A stretch of 64,000 nt of DNA from an uncultured delta proteobacterium (GCA_963771465.1 CAVYTU010000017.1:608001-672000); one strand, 5' to 3'. Positions 39,226-49,585 are shown, counted from the first letter of the stretch. Numbers and translations are program-made. The notes: generated by a model from the sequence alone, not told the origin.

Positions 39226-40066
39226 ATGCAGCAGCTTACTGAAAACGTACTTGTCGAAACTCAACAGAAGGGTGCGAATCACGGGTTGGTGACGACTTCG
39301 GACGGGCTGGTGCTAATCGACACGCCACACAAGCCGAGTGACGCTGATGCGCTTGCGTGCGGAGATCGAGCGGCGCGGCAGGCTGCGCTACATCATCAAC
39401 ACCGAGCCGCATAGCGATCACTGGACCGGCAATGCGTTCTTTAACGTGCCCGTCATCGCCCATCGAGGCGTGCGTTCGCGCATACTCGAAACCGATGCCG
39501 CAACTCACCTGGCGCGGGTCGCTTCTTTTGGGCCCGAAGAGCCGAAGCTTTTGGAAAATTACTGTGCGAATGCGCCGGTGATAACCTTCGAAAGCGAAAT
39601 GAAGTTGCACGTCGGCAATCACACCTTTCGCATGATCCACATGCCCGGTCACACGCCGTATCAGGCGGCGATAATCGTTGAAGAGGAAGGTGTGACGTTC
39701 ACCAGCGACAATATTTTCTGCAAGGTGCACACCTGGATCCAGGAAGGCCAGCCGGACGATTGGTTGCGGTCGCTCGAATCGTTGCGTGCGCTCAGCGAAG
39801 ACACCTTCGTGCCCGGCCACGGGCCGGTGTGCGATAAAAATTATTTAAATGAGCAAGGCGCATTCATTCAAGAATGGGTCGACTACGTGCACGGCGCGGT
39901 TGGGCGCGGCATGAGTAAAGAAGAGTGTGTCGTCAACCTGACCGCACTGACCGACCGATATCCGATGGACGTGGAGCAAGAAGGCATGGCGCCGCGGGTG
40001 ATGCAGCTGAACGTGGCGAATCTGTACGACTACGTCGCCGGTGTGGGAATCCATGCTCGTGGGTGA
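39226..40066 (+). pseudogene. Metallo-beta-lactamase-fold hydrolase (cyclase-like) with +1 frameshift near 39346 (possible sequencing error)
   Basis: MQQLTENV...LVLIDTPHKPSDA continues as MRLRAEIE...INTEPHSDHWTGN...PGHT...SD...VPGHG in the next frame. Confidence 0.85.
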
Positions 40067-40365
40067 CGTCGAAGAACAGACGCATGCGTGATACTGCGAA
40101 TTTTATTCGCACAATCGGTATCTCTGCTCTTTTGGTTACTTCAATCAAGGTGTCTCCTTAGGCATGTAGGGTGATGCTGCATACGGCAAATGCCCATCGC
40201 GAATCGGCGAGTTACCAGCAATCCGGCATGGCGACACTGCGGAGTGTTGTGGTGCGAGCGGACAAAATCAGGTAATTTTCAAGGTTCGATAGGTCGGCAG
40301 AGTTTATTCTGGGGCGAGTCGAAAGATTCATTACAGATGTTTGGTATTGGATTGAGGAACAAAGC

Positions 40366-41415
40366 ATGAGGGGACGGGCTTCAATGCGATGGCTGAGTTC
40401 ATATTCAAGCCATCTAAAATCGAAAATTCGCAATTTGCATTTGGTTGCGATTGGCGCCCTCGCCGTTGCAGGCGTGACGGGTGGGACCGTGGCTGAGGCG
40501 CAACAGAAGCAAAAAGTGTGGAAAGTCGGATATCTCACAAGCAATTCAGCCGCTGCTGAAAAGACTCGGGTCACATCATTTGTGCAAGGTCTTCGCACGT
40601 TTGGTTACTTCGAAGGTCAGAATCTCGCGATTGATTTCCGGTTCGCCGACGGGCGTTTTGATCGCCTCGCCGAGTTGGTCGCGGATTTGCTCAAATCAAA
40701 CGTCGATGTGTTGGTTGCAAACACAACCAACGCCGCGATCGTGGCGAAAAACGCAACCAAGACGATCCCGATATTGTTTATCGGTGTAACGGATCCCATC
40801 AACGCTGGACTCGTCGATAGCTTGGCGCGGCCCGGCGGCAATATTACCGGACTGACGAATATCGCGTCGGTGTTGTCGGGCAAACGGCTCGAGCTACTTA
40901 AGGAGACCGTGCCGAGACTTTCCCGGGTTGCGGTATTGTGGGATCCGAGGAATCCCGGTTCGACGCCTCAATGGAATGAAAGCCAACTCGCCGCACGAGA
41001 ACTAGGATTGCAAGTTTATTCAATGGCAGTCAGCGATGCTGACAAATATGACAGCGCGTTTAATGACGCGGTTAAGGCGCGCAACGGCGCTGTGGCTGTG
41101 ACGCTGAACCCATTGGCCAATTCGAATCAAAAACGCGTGGTGGAGCTAGCGACAAAACATCGTTTGCCAGCAATCTACGCGCGGAGTGATTATGTTGAAA
41201 GTGGCGGTCTCATGTCTTACGGTCCGAGTTTCGCGCTAGACGGCCGCGACGCTGCGCGCCTGGTCGATAAACTATTAAGAGGAACGAAGCCCGCGGACAT
41301 CCCGGTGGAGCAGCCGACGACGTTTGAGTTGGTGCTCAATCTCAGTACCGCCAAAAGACTTGGCCTGACGGTTCCACCCATCGTGCTCATGCGGGTGGGG
41401 CGGGTGGTAAAGTGA
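40366..41415 (+). CDS. ABC substrate-binding protein, PF04392 (Trp/Tyr-binding-like) family
   Basis: DP...GLVDSLARPGGNITG, GKRLELLKE, GGLMSYGP, PADIPVEQPTTFEL..NL.TAK. Confidence 0.92.
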   Translation: MRGRASMRWLSSYSSHLKSKIRNLHLVAIGALAVAGVTGGTVAEAQQKQKVWKVGYLTSNSAAAEKTRVTSFVQGLRTFGYFEGQNLAIDFRFADGRFDRLAELVADLLKSNVDVLVANTTNAAIVAKNATKTIPILFIGVTDPINAGLVDSLARPGGNITGLTNIASVLSGKRLELLKETVPRLSRVAVLWDPRNPGSTPQWNESQLAARELGLQVYSMAVSDADKYDSAFNDAVKARNGAVAVTLNPLANSNQKRVVELATKHRLPAIYARSDYVESGGLMSYGPSFALDGRDAARLVDKLLRGTKPADIPVEQPTTFELVLNLSTAKRLGLTVPPIVLMRVGRVVK

Positions 41416-41485
41416 ATGGATCATGAAATGTAGATTGCCGATGGGGAGGTAAATCGCATGCACAAACGAAGTCGCGAATTACCAG

Positions 41486-41644
41486 CGCGCCGCTTACGAC
41501 TTGGATAGGATTCTAAAGGGAACCAACCCCGTCGATCTACCGGTGGAACAGCCGATGAAGTTCGATCTTGTGATCAATCTGAAGACGGCAAAGCAATACG
41601 ACCGTCCCCCATAGACGCTAATGAAGACGGATCGGGTGATTTAG
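41486..41644 (+). pseudogene. 3' remnant of another PF04392 substrate-binding gene
   Basis: [37 protein letters not shown], then deletion and stop, then TLMKTDRVI. Confidence 0.8.
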
Positions 41645-41684
41645 AGGCTGAAAAAGCACCCGTTGAGAAGAGTTAGGAGCTAAC

Positions 41685-42656
41685 ATGGTCAGATTGTTTT
41701 TTTGCTGCCTATCGATAACTCTCTTGCTGACAGCTGCTCGGTTGGCCGATGCGCAGCAGCCGGCAACGCTTAAACGTGTGGGTTTTCTCAATCCTGCCGG
41801 ATCGCCATCGGCGAACGTCCAGTCCTTCTATCGGGGCATGCGCGAGTTGGGTTACATCGACGGACAAAATATCACGATCGATTTCCGCACCGGGAGCAAC
41901 CTGAAAGAACTGACTGACTTGGCGGCAGAATTGGTGCGACAGAAAGTCGATGTTATCGTTGCTTCGGGCCCGGCAGTGCCAGTGGCCAGGGCGGTGACGA
42001 ATTCCGTGCCGATCATTTTTGCGTTCAGCGGCGATCCAATCGAAGCGGGTTTCATCGACAGTCTTGCCCGACCGGGACGAAACATGACCGGCATAACTTG
42101 GTTGGCATTCGAGCTGGTTGGTAAACGACTCGAAATACTCAAGGAGGCGGCGCCGAGAGTTACCCGCGTGGCAATCCTGGCCAGCCCTGCGCATGCAGGC
42201 GAACAACGGGAATTGAGGGAGACACGAAAAAGCGCGGACACGCTGAAGATTACTCTGCTGCACAACCATGTGAAAGATGGTGCGGACGTGAATGCTGCAT
42301 TGGAAGCAGCCGTCAAGAAGAACGCCAACGCGTTGCTGGTTTTTCCGGATCCGGTCACCAATGCGCATCGTAAACAGATCACAGAGTTTGCGGTGAAGCG
42401 CCGGCTGCCGACCATGTTTGGCCGGAAAGAGCCCGTCGAGGGCGGCGGTCTGCTATCCTACGGGCCGATCCTTGAAGAGGTATACCGACGAATTCCCGTG
42501 CATGTCGACAAAGTGTTGAAGGGCACCAACCCGGCTGACATCCCGACGGAATTACCGATGGCGTTTGAGTTTGTAATAAATCTAAAAACGGCGAAGCAGA
42601 TAGGTCTGACCATCCCACAGTGGACGCTGATGAAGGCGGATGGGGTCATAAAATGA
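41685..42656 (+). CDS. ABC substrate-binding protein, PF04392 family
   Basis: [42 protein letters not shown]; RBS AGGAG. Confidence 0.92.
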   Translation: MVRLFFCCLSITLLLTAARLADAQQPATLKRVGFLNPAGSPSANVQSFYRGMRELGYIDGQNITIDFRTGSNLKELTDLAAELVRQKVDVIVASGPAVPVARAVTNSVPIIFAFSGDPIEAGFIDSLARPGRNMTGITWLAFELVGKRLEILKEAAPRVTRVAILASPAHAGEQRELRETRKSADTLKITLLHNHVKDGADVNAALEAAVKKNANALLVFPDPVTNAHRKQITEFAVKRRLPTMFGRKEPVEGGGLLSYGPILEEVYRRIPVHVDKVLKGTNPADIPTELPMAFEFVINLKTAKQIGLTIPQWTLMKADGVIK

Positions 42657-42657
42657 C

Positions 42658-42772
42658 TTTTTGGATTTTCGATTGTGGATTCAGGGAGTCACGGACATGA
42701 ACGAAGAATTTCGAATTTCCTTTCTTATAATTCACTCCGACAATCGAACATCCAAAATCCAAAATCTAAAAT
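42658..42772. repeat. 7-nt-unit TTTGGAT/ATCCAAA palindromic element whose right arm is translated
   Basis: TTTTTGGATTTTCGATTGTGGATT ... AATCGAACATCCAAAATCCAAAATCTAAAAT; weaker copy at 40336-40435. Confidence 0.8.
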
Positions 42773-43737
42773 GGGTGGCGATTCTTACGCTCCTCGTCTT
42801 ATCTGTGGGGCGTGTGGAAGTGGCTCAGGCCCAGCAAGCCAAACTCGAGCGCATCGGCGTCATCTATCTTGGCGAAGTATTTGCAACAGTTGTGGATGGC
42901 TTGCGGGCCGGCTTGAAAGAGCTGGGCGTGCAGGAAGGCAAACAGGTGACGCTGGATATCCAGGATCTAAAGGGAGACGCTAAAGCTGCGGCAAGCGTCG
43001 CGGAAAAATTTGAGCAGGACAAGGTCAAGCTCATTTTCACTAACACGTCGCCAGTTACCGATGTGGTCATTAAAGCGACGAAGAACACGCCAATTATTTT
43101 TACGGTGGGCAGCGACCCGATTGCTCTCGGATATATTAAGAACTTCGCCCAACCGGGAGGCCGACTGACTGGTATCCAGTACTTGGCGCGCGATCTTACC
43201 GGTAAACGGTTGGAGATTCTCAAAGAGTTTCTGCCCAATCTGCGTCAGGTGATTGTGTTCTACGATGCCGATAACTCGGTTTCGGCCGAGGGTGCGAAGC
43301 TCGCGCGCGCCGAAGCGCAACGAGTGAAGATCAAGCTGGTAGAGCGTCAGGTGAAGTCTATTAACGAACTCAATGCTGCGCTTGACGCACTAAAAGTCGG
43401 CGAGTTCGACGCCTACTTGTACATGCCCGACGCCATGGTGGTGAGTCAGTCGCAGCGGGTAGTTGACGTCGCGCGCACGAAAAAGTTACCAACGATGTTT
43501 CACGATCAGGTCGTGGTCGCGCGCGGCGGTCTGGCGAGCTACGGACAGAGTTATTATGAAATCGGCTGGCGCGCGGCCAAATACGTTCAGCATGTGCTTG
43601 CCGGCAAGCCGCCGGCTGAGTTGAGAGTAGAGACCATCGAGGATGTGGAACTGGCGTTTAACTTGACCACGGCCAAGCAGATCGGCGTGACGATTCCGCC
43701 CAATGTGCTGGCGCGGGCGAAAAAGGTGATTAGATAA
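42697..43737 (+). CDS. ABC substrate-binding protein, PF04392 family
   Basis: AQPGGRLTG, GKRLEILKE, GGLASYG, NLTTAKQIGVTIPPNVLARA. Confidence 0.9.
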   Translation: MNEEFRISFLIIHSDNRTSKIQNLKWVAILTLLVLSVGRVEVAQAQQAKLERIGVIYLGEVFATVVDGLRAGLKELGVQEGKQVTLDIQDLKGDAKAAASVAEKFEQDKVKLIFTNTSPVTDVVIKATKNTPIIFTVGSDPIALGYIKNFAQPGGRLTGIQYLARDLTGKRLEILKEFLPNLRQVIVFYDADNSVSAEGAKLARAEAQRVKIKLVERQVKSINELNAALDALKVGEFDAYLYMPDAMVVSQSQRVVDVARTKKLPTMFHDQVVVARGGLASYGQSYYEIGWRAAKYVQHVLAGKPPAELRVETIEDVELAFNLTTAKQIGVTIPPNVLARAKKVIR

Positions 43738-43877
43738 GACCTGACGAGGACAGGTGAATGGTGCGTGGTTAGGCGTGGGCGGTTGGCGCGAAATACTTGC
43801 GGATTTGACGAGACAAGCGCGAAGACAAAATGCTATCCATTCGGCAACGCAGTTTGGCTGTACCGGAGGTAAGTTTA

Positions 43878-44867
43878 ATGACGATTACACGATGGAAGCG
43901 CACTCTGCTTTGCCTGATCGTGATCAGCCTAGCGATGGGAATGGTTACGCGTCCTGCGTTGGCGGCTGAGTCGAAACGCTTTCTCGTCAGCTACGGTGGC
44001 ACCGCCGGCTACCAACTGCCGTTATGGGTCAATCGCGAATTGGGGTTCAGCAAGAAGTACGGCGTCGATCTGGAAATCATTCTGATCCAGGCCGGTTCAC
44101 CGAATATTCAGGCTCTACTCGGGGGCAGTCTACAGTTGACGCAGACAGCGGCGTCATCGGCGGTGATCGGCGCCAATCAAGGGGCGCCGGTGGTGATCGT
44201 CGCGACGCTGGAAAATCGCCTGCCGATGCTACTCATCTCTCGCCCTGAGATCAAAGAACCGCAGCAACTGCGCGGCAAGGTCATCGGCATCAATCGATTC
44301 GGCGGCTCTAACGACGCGGCGATCCTGATGGCGCTCAAAGCTTGGAAGATGGAACCTAAAGATATCTCGATGTTGCAAACCGGCGGCACTTCGGCGCGCA
44401 TGGCGGCCCTGATGACCAAGCGTGTCGATGCCACGGTGCAGTCCTATCCGGAAATTTATCAAGCGCGCAAGCTTGGTATGAACGTATTGGCCGACATCGG
44501 CGAATTCGGCTACTACACCAACACGTCGAACATCGTCACGCGTTCCTATTTGCAACAGAATCGCGCCGCGATAAAGGGATTCATCAAAGGCCAGATCGAG
44601 GGCATGCATTACGTCAAGACCAATAAAGAAGGGAGCCTCAAGATTCTCCGTAAACACCTGCAGATCACGGACACGGAAGCGGTCGAGGGCACTTACGAAT
44701 TTTTCGCCAAGCGCTTGGCGCGTTCACCGCGCACGGAATTGGAAGGAATCAAGAATATTCTGACTTCCATCGACGCCGGCCAGAAAAATCCGGCGGATTT
44801 CATCGACATGAGCCTGATCGACGAGATCGAAAAAGAAGGGTTTGTGCAGAAACTCTACGGGCCATAA
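43878..44867 (+). CDS. NMT1/TauA-like substrate-binding protein
   Basis: PLWV..E.G..KKYGVD, LRGKVIGINRFGG, DFIDMSLI.E; RBS GGAGGT. Confidence 0.88.
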   Translation: MTITRWKRTLLCLIVISLAMGMVTRPALAAESKRFLVSYGGTAGYQLPLWVNRELGFSKKYGVDLEIILIQAGSPNIQALLGGSLQLTQTAASSAVIGANQGAPVVIVATLENRLPMLLISRPEIKEPQQLRGKVIGINRFGGSNDAAILMALKAWKMEPKDISMLQTGGTSARMAALMTKRVDATVQSYPEIYQARKLGMNVLADIGEFGYYTNTSNIVTRSYLQQNRAAIKGFIKGQIEGMHYVKTNKEGSLKILRKHLQITDTEAVEGTYEFFAKRLARSPRTELEGIKNILTSIDAGQKNPADFIDMSLIDEIEKEGFVQKLYGP

Positions 44868-44870
44868 GAA

Positions 44871-44955
44871 ATGGAGTGTTGGAATGGTGGAGTATTGGAG
44901 TGATGGCTTCTGATCCGGCCCAATACTCCAACACTCCAGTACTCCATCACTCCAA
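44871..44955. repeat. Palindromic element of 8-nt GGAGTRTT/ACTCCA units
   Basis: GGAGTGTT-GGAATGGT-GGAGTATT-GGAGTGAT ... AATACTCC-AACACTCC-AGTACTCC-ATCACTCC. Confidence 0.9.
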
Positions 44956-44973
44956 TTAATCGTTGGGAAAGGG

Positions 44974-45972
44974 GTGGCGACGGTGTCGACAAAGCTTAGA
45001 CTGTCGGTCGCGTGCGGCGACTATGAGATCATCCGCGCGCTTAAAGACGGAACGGTGCAAGCCGACGGACTTGAGCTTGTTATACTCACCAGCCACGGAC
45101 CACGCGAGCGTCACTGGCGCATGGCGCGTAATCTCGAGTATGACGTCTGCGAGTTCAACGTCGGCGCCTACTTTATGGCGCGGGAGCACGGTGTAGCCAT
45201 TGCCGGCCTGCCGGTGTTTCTCCACCGGCGATTTCGCCACGGCTTTGCTTTTGTCAACGTCAACGCCGGCATTCAGACGCCGAAAGATTTGATCGGCAAG
45301 CGGGTCGGCGGGACAAATTTTCAACCGGCGGGAAATATTTGGCTGCGCGGTATTCTCGAAGAACAGCACGGCGTACCGCACCAGTCGATCACTTGGGTGG
45401 TCGATCGCAGCGAAGATGTCGAATTCACGCCGCCGCTGGGACTGAAGATCGAGATGATTCCCGCTGGGAAGCATATGGACACGATGCTTGCCGAGGGCGA
45501 GATCCCAGCGATGATCAATCCCTACATTCCCCGACCTATCGTCAATAACGACCCGCGCGTGACCCGGCTTTTCCCCGATTACAAACAAGTCGAGCGCGAC
45601 TATTTTCACCAAACCGGCATCTTCCCGATCATGCATGTGACCGTGATCAAGCAAGAGCTCGTTGATAAGTATCCCTGGGCGGCGGTGAGCTTGGCGAAAG
45701 CCTTCGAGAAAGCTAAACAACTCTGTTACCAGCGCGTGGTCAATCCACGCATCGTACCGCTCGCGTGGTTCTCGCATCAGTGGGATGAAGAACGTAAAGT
45801 GCTCGGCCCCGATCCATGGGCGTATGGCTTGGGCGAGGCGAACCGAAAGAATCTAACGACGATTCTTCGCTATTGTCATCAGCAAGGACTGATCAAGCGA
45901 GAAAAGTCGATCGAGGAACTATTCGTCGATACCGATCCCGGGGATGCAGGTGGAGATGAGGGGCATTACTAA
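44974..45972 (+). CDS. 4,5-dihydroxyphthalate decarboxylase-like (Pht5/OphC) PBP2-fold protein, no signal peptide
   Basis: ACGDY...AL.DG.V, PVF..R.FRH, W.RGIL, RLFPDY..ERDY...TGIFPIMH, DPWAYG..NR. Confidence 0.85.
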   Translation: MATVSTKLRLSVACGDYEIIRALKDGTVQADGLELVILTSHGPRERHWRMARNLEYDVCEFNVGAYFMAREHGVAIAGLPVFLHRRFRHGFAFVNVNAGIQTPKDLIGKRVGGTNFQPAGNIWLRGILEEQHGVPHQSITWVVDRSEDVEFTPPLGLKIEMIPAGKHMDTMLAEGEIPAMINPYIPRPIVNNDPRVTRLFPDYKQVERDYFHQTGIFPIMHVTVIKQELVDKYPWAAVSLAKAFEKAKQLCYQRVVNPRIVPLAWFSHQWDEERKVLGPDPWAYGLGEANRKNLTTILRYCHQQGLIKREKSIEELFVDTDPGDAGGDEGHY

Positions 45973-46053
45973 GAATTTGCACGATGAACGAAACGAAGTA
46001 GAGGCAAAATTCATCGCGCTTTCAGTCAAAACGCGCGCCGGTAGAAGGAATAC

Positions 46054-47076
46054 ATGACAAACTTCTCGCCTCCGATACATAAAATCTTTAGCACGGCGCT
46101 GTGCCTGGCGTTCGTGTTTACCGCGCCAGTTGTTGGCGCCGCCGAGGCGCCGCAAAAATTGCGCGTCGCTTATGCGGCGATCACGGCGGCGTTTTCGGTC
46201 CCATGGATCGCCAAGGAAGCCGGGATATTTCAGCGTCATGGTTTGGACGTCGAGTTAGTTTACATCGCCTCCGGCTCGCGAGCCGTGCAGACTCTAGTCG
46301 GCGGCAGCATCGATATCGCCGCCATCGGTGGCCCGGCGGGCGTTGACGCTAAGTTGGCGGGAGCCGATACAGTTTACGTTGCGATTCCAGTTAACCAGGT
46401 GCTGGTGTTCACGGTGACCGCGCCGCAAATCCAACGCATCGAAGACATGCGCGGCAAGAGCATCGGCGTAACCCGCATCGGCACCGTCACCGATTTCTTC
46501 ACTCGATTGTATTTGCGTCAGAACAATTTGGTGCCCGACAAAGATGTCATGATCCGGCAGGCCGGGGGTTTGCCGGAGATCGTCGCTGCGCTCAAAGCCG
46601 GACAGATTCACGGTGGGACATTCGGTTTTCCCGCCGTACTGCACGCTCGCGCCGCCGGGTTTCGCGTGCTGGTCGACTACAACACGGCGGGATATCGTTA
46701 TCCGCTTTCCACGGTGATTGTGACGCAAAAATTGCTACGGACCCGAGAATCGGCAGTGCGCCGGTTTCTCGAAGCTCATATCGAGGCCGTACATCGTTTC
46801 AAAACCGATCCGGAGCTGGCGATGAAGGTGATCGGTAAATACACGCAGACCACCGACCGGGCGATGCTGGAAGAAACTCAACGGGTTTATGCTTCGGCGC
46901 TCGAACGAGTGCCGTACCCCGACATCGAGGATATGAAGCTGGGTCTAACTCAGGTCGCGGAAACGAACCCGCGCGTACGCGGCGTTGACCCGAAAGAATT
47001 TGTCGATGGCCGTCTTCTGCGCGAGATCGAAGCGAGCGGCTACGTCAAACGGCTCTATGGCGAGCAGGCAAAATGA
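46054..47076 (+). CDS. NMT1/TauA-like substrate-binding protein
   Basis: PWIAKEAGIFQRHGLDVEL, GKSIGVTRIG, EFVD..LL.EIE.SG. Confidence 0.88.
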   Translation: MTNFSPPIHKIFSTALCLAFVFTAPVVGAAEAPQKLRVAYAAITAAFSVPWIAKEAGIFQRHGLDVELVYIASGSRAVQTLVGGSIDIAAIGGPAGVDAKLAGADTVYVAIPVNQVLVFTVTAPQIQRIEDMRGKSIGVTRIGTVTDFFTRLYLRQNNLVPDKDVMIRQAGGLPEIVAALKAGQIHGGTFGFPAVLHARAAGFRVLVDYNTAGYRYPLSTVIVTQKLLRTRESAVRRFLEAHIEAVHRFKTDPELAMKVIGKYTQTTDRAMLEETQRVYASALERVPYPDIEDMKLGLTQVAETNPRVRGVDPKEFVDGRLLREIEASGYVKRLYGEQAK

Positions 47077-47120
47077 ACGGGCGTAAGGAGGGATAACCAC
47101 AAGCGCACAAAGGGCAAAAA

Positions 47121-47146
47121 GTAGGGGCGCGATTCATCGCGCCCCT
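47121..47146 (+). repeat. GTAG-type REP palindrome
   Basis: GT-AGGGGCGCGA-TTCA-TCGCGCCCCT, perfect 10-bp stem between convergent genes. Confidence 0.8.
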
Positions 47147-47278
47147 TGAGGGAAGACGACAATCATAACACCTTCGGCAAGCGCCACGCGTTTCCCTATA
47201 AAATCGCGTACTTTTCAATATTGGAACAATGCAGCGCTTGAATTTTCTCAACATCCATCCAGTCGCTGATCTTAGTCA

Positions 47279-48268
47279 TTATTTGTTAAATACGCCGCTC
47301 TTTTCCAATTCGACCAAGTAGCGCCGGTCGATCATGTCCGCGGGTTTGATCGCTTTCGCCCGCGGATCGGTGGGCGCGATCTCATCAAGACTTGCTTGTA
47401 GGGCCGCGTCGTGGATCTCCAGACGACGCTCCATCGCTTGGATTTCGGAATTATACGACGCGTCGAGAACTTTCTGGTCGGTGATGCGGAGGTATTTGCC
47501 GAGCACCTTGTAAAGTAAAGCTCGGTCGCTGTGCATGAGCTTGGAAGCTTCGGCCATCGCACGCATGAAACGGCCGATCACCGGGCCGCGTTTGTTGATC
47601 AGCGAGCGCAGCACGACGACACAGGTCGCGGCGTAGGGAATCTTCAGATCGAAGCCATTGACGACATAGCGATAGCCCTTAGACGCGACTTGGAAATCCC
47701 CCGGCGCCACTAGCCCCGCGGCGTCGACGTTGCCGCCAAGAAGCGACGCTACGGTCTCCGGGCCGCCGCCGGTTTGAATCGTTTGAATGTCGCGGCTGGC
47801 GTCCATGCCCAGGCGCTTTAACGCTTGTATGACGAAATAGTGCGTGTTGCCGCCGAAGCGCCCGACGGCAACTTTTTTGCCTTTGAGATCTTGCGGGGTT
47901 TTGATGTCAGCCTTGCCCATGATGCTGTGGGTCAAAAAGTTTTTCATGCCGCCGATAAAGACGAGATCGGTGTTGCCTTGAACGATAGCGCGAACGTTGC
48001 CGACGGCGCCGGTGACGCCGATATCGGCGTCGCCGCTCAAAGTCGCGGCGGTGGCGACCGGCGACGACGGAATGAAAACCAGATTGAAATCGATGTCGTA
48101 TTTCTTGAAAAGGCCGGCTTCTCGCGCGATCCACGGCATCGACTGGGACATGACTTGCGCCGAATGCAGGCCGATGAGCCGGTCGGCGCCACAGGCGAGG
48201 CTTGGCAACTGGCTGGTGATGGCCGTTGCCAGCAGGGTAAGAGAATAGAATTTGATGGCAACTTTCAT
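47279..48268 (-). CDS. NMT1/TauA-like substrate-binding protein
   Basis: PWIAREAGLFKKY, DLKGKKVAVGRFGG, ELEKSG; RBS AGGAGG. Confidence 0.88.
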   Translation of the reverse strand: MKVAIKFYSLTLLATAITSQLPSLACGADRLIGLHSAQVMSQSMPWIAREAGLFKKYDIDFNLVFIPSSPVATAATLSGDADIGVTGAVGNVRAIVQGNTDLVFIGGMKNFLTHSIMGKADIKTPQDLKGKKVAVGRFGGNTHYFVIQALKRLGMDASRDIQTIQTGGGPETVASLLGGNVDAAGLVAPGDFQVASKGYRYVVNGFDLKIPYAATCVVVLRSLINKRGPVIGRFMRAMAEASKLMHSDRALLYKVLGKYLRITDQKVLDASYNSEIQAMERRLEIHDAALQASLDEIAPTDPRAKAIKPADMIDRRYLVELEKSGVFNK

Positions 48269-48282
48269 AATCGAGGTCCTCC

Positions 48283-49585
48283 TTATCGCATCAGTACGGC
48301 TAACGATTCAACGTGAAAGGTGTGCGGGAAAAAGTCGATTGGCTGCACGGCGCTCAGCTTATAACCGAACTTGCAGAGGGCGGCAAGGTCGCGCGCCAAG
48401 GTGCTCGGGTTGCACGAGACGTAGAGAATCATCTCGGCGCCGAGCGCGGCTAAATCCGCTTCGATGCCTTTCGCTCCTGTGCGCGGCGGATCGAGCACGA
48501 TCTTGGAGAATGTTCGCCGTTGCCGTTTGAACTGAGCGACCGCCTGCGGCACGGCGGCGCACACCCAGTCGATGTTTTCGACACGATAGTTCTGCGCGTT
48601 GAGTTTAGCGTTGGCGAGCCCGGCGCGATGGCCCTCGACGGCGACGATCTGTTTGGCTCGGCGCGCCAGCGGCAGGGTGAAATTACCGGCGCCGCAATAG
48701 AGCTCCAGAACTTGATCGCGCTCGTGAAAATGACCGGCGGCTAAGAGCTGATCGAGCATCTGGCGATTTCCTGTGGCATTCACTTGGGTGAAGACATCCG
48801 CGTCAACCTGGAGCGTGAGCTCGTCTTGTAGTTTGACCGTGATCAGAGTTCGTCCGTAAACTTTACGGCCCGCGGGCGCCAGTACGATCAGGCCGCTTAT
48901 TGAGTTGTTTTCACCCACCAGCCGCTCGCAAGCCGATTCATCGCTTGCCAAGAACGAGTCGACGGGCTGGGCAACGACGACGAGCTCATCAACTTCATCG
49001 CCGGCAACCAACTCCAAATGTTCCATCACACTGTTTAACTCTCGTGAGCCAACGCCTCAGCGGTTGGATCACCGCGTTCAAGCGGGTATCGGCGATTAGG
49101 CAGGTGTCGATCTCGACGACGCTGTGGGAGCCGGCCGCAAAAAAACCCAAGCCACTCGCCGCGCCGATCTGTAGTCGAATCCGCCGGCGATAGTGATATT
49201 CGTCAGCGGACGGCATGATCGGTCGCAGATCGAAGTCACTCAGTTTGCCGATTCGCCGGAGCGCGTCTGCGAGGCTCTGCTGCTTCGCTTTGAGCTGTGC
49301 TTCGTAACGCAAATGTTGCCAGGAGCAACCACCACAGCGGCCGACATAGGAGCACGGTGGTGTTTGCCGCAGCGGCGAAGGTTCAATGAGTCGAATAATT
49401 TCGCCGATGGCATAGCGTTTCTTGGATTCGACAACTCGCGCGACGATCTCGTCGCCCGGCGCGGTGTCGGGAATCATCACCGCCTTGCCAGCCAATCGGC
49501 CGATACCGTAGGGCCCGTAGGCAAGCGCGTCGATAACGATCTCGACCTCTGGTTTGAGTGCTGTTTTCGCGTTAGTCTGTGCCAT
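48283..49585 (-). pseudogene. rlmD: 23S rRNA m5U methyltransferase (TRAM + TrmA/RlmD) split by +1 frameshift near 49040 (likely sequencing error)
   Basis: TRAM domain, C.....CGGC..QH Fe-S motif; second frame has FTQVN, LYCGAGNF, LDPPRTG, YVSCNP, DFFPHTFHVE. Confidence 0.85.
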
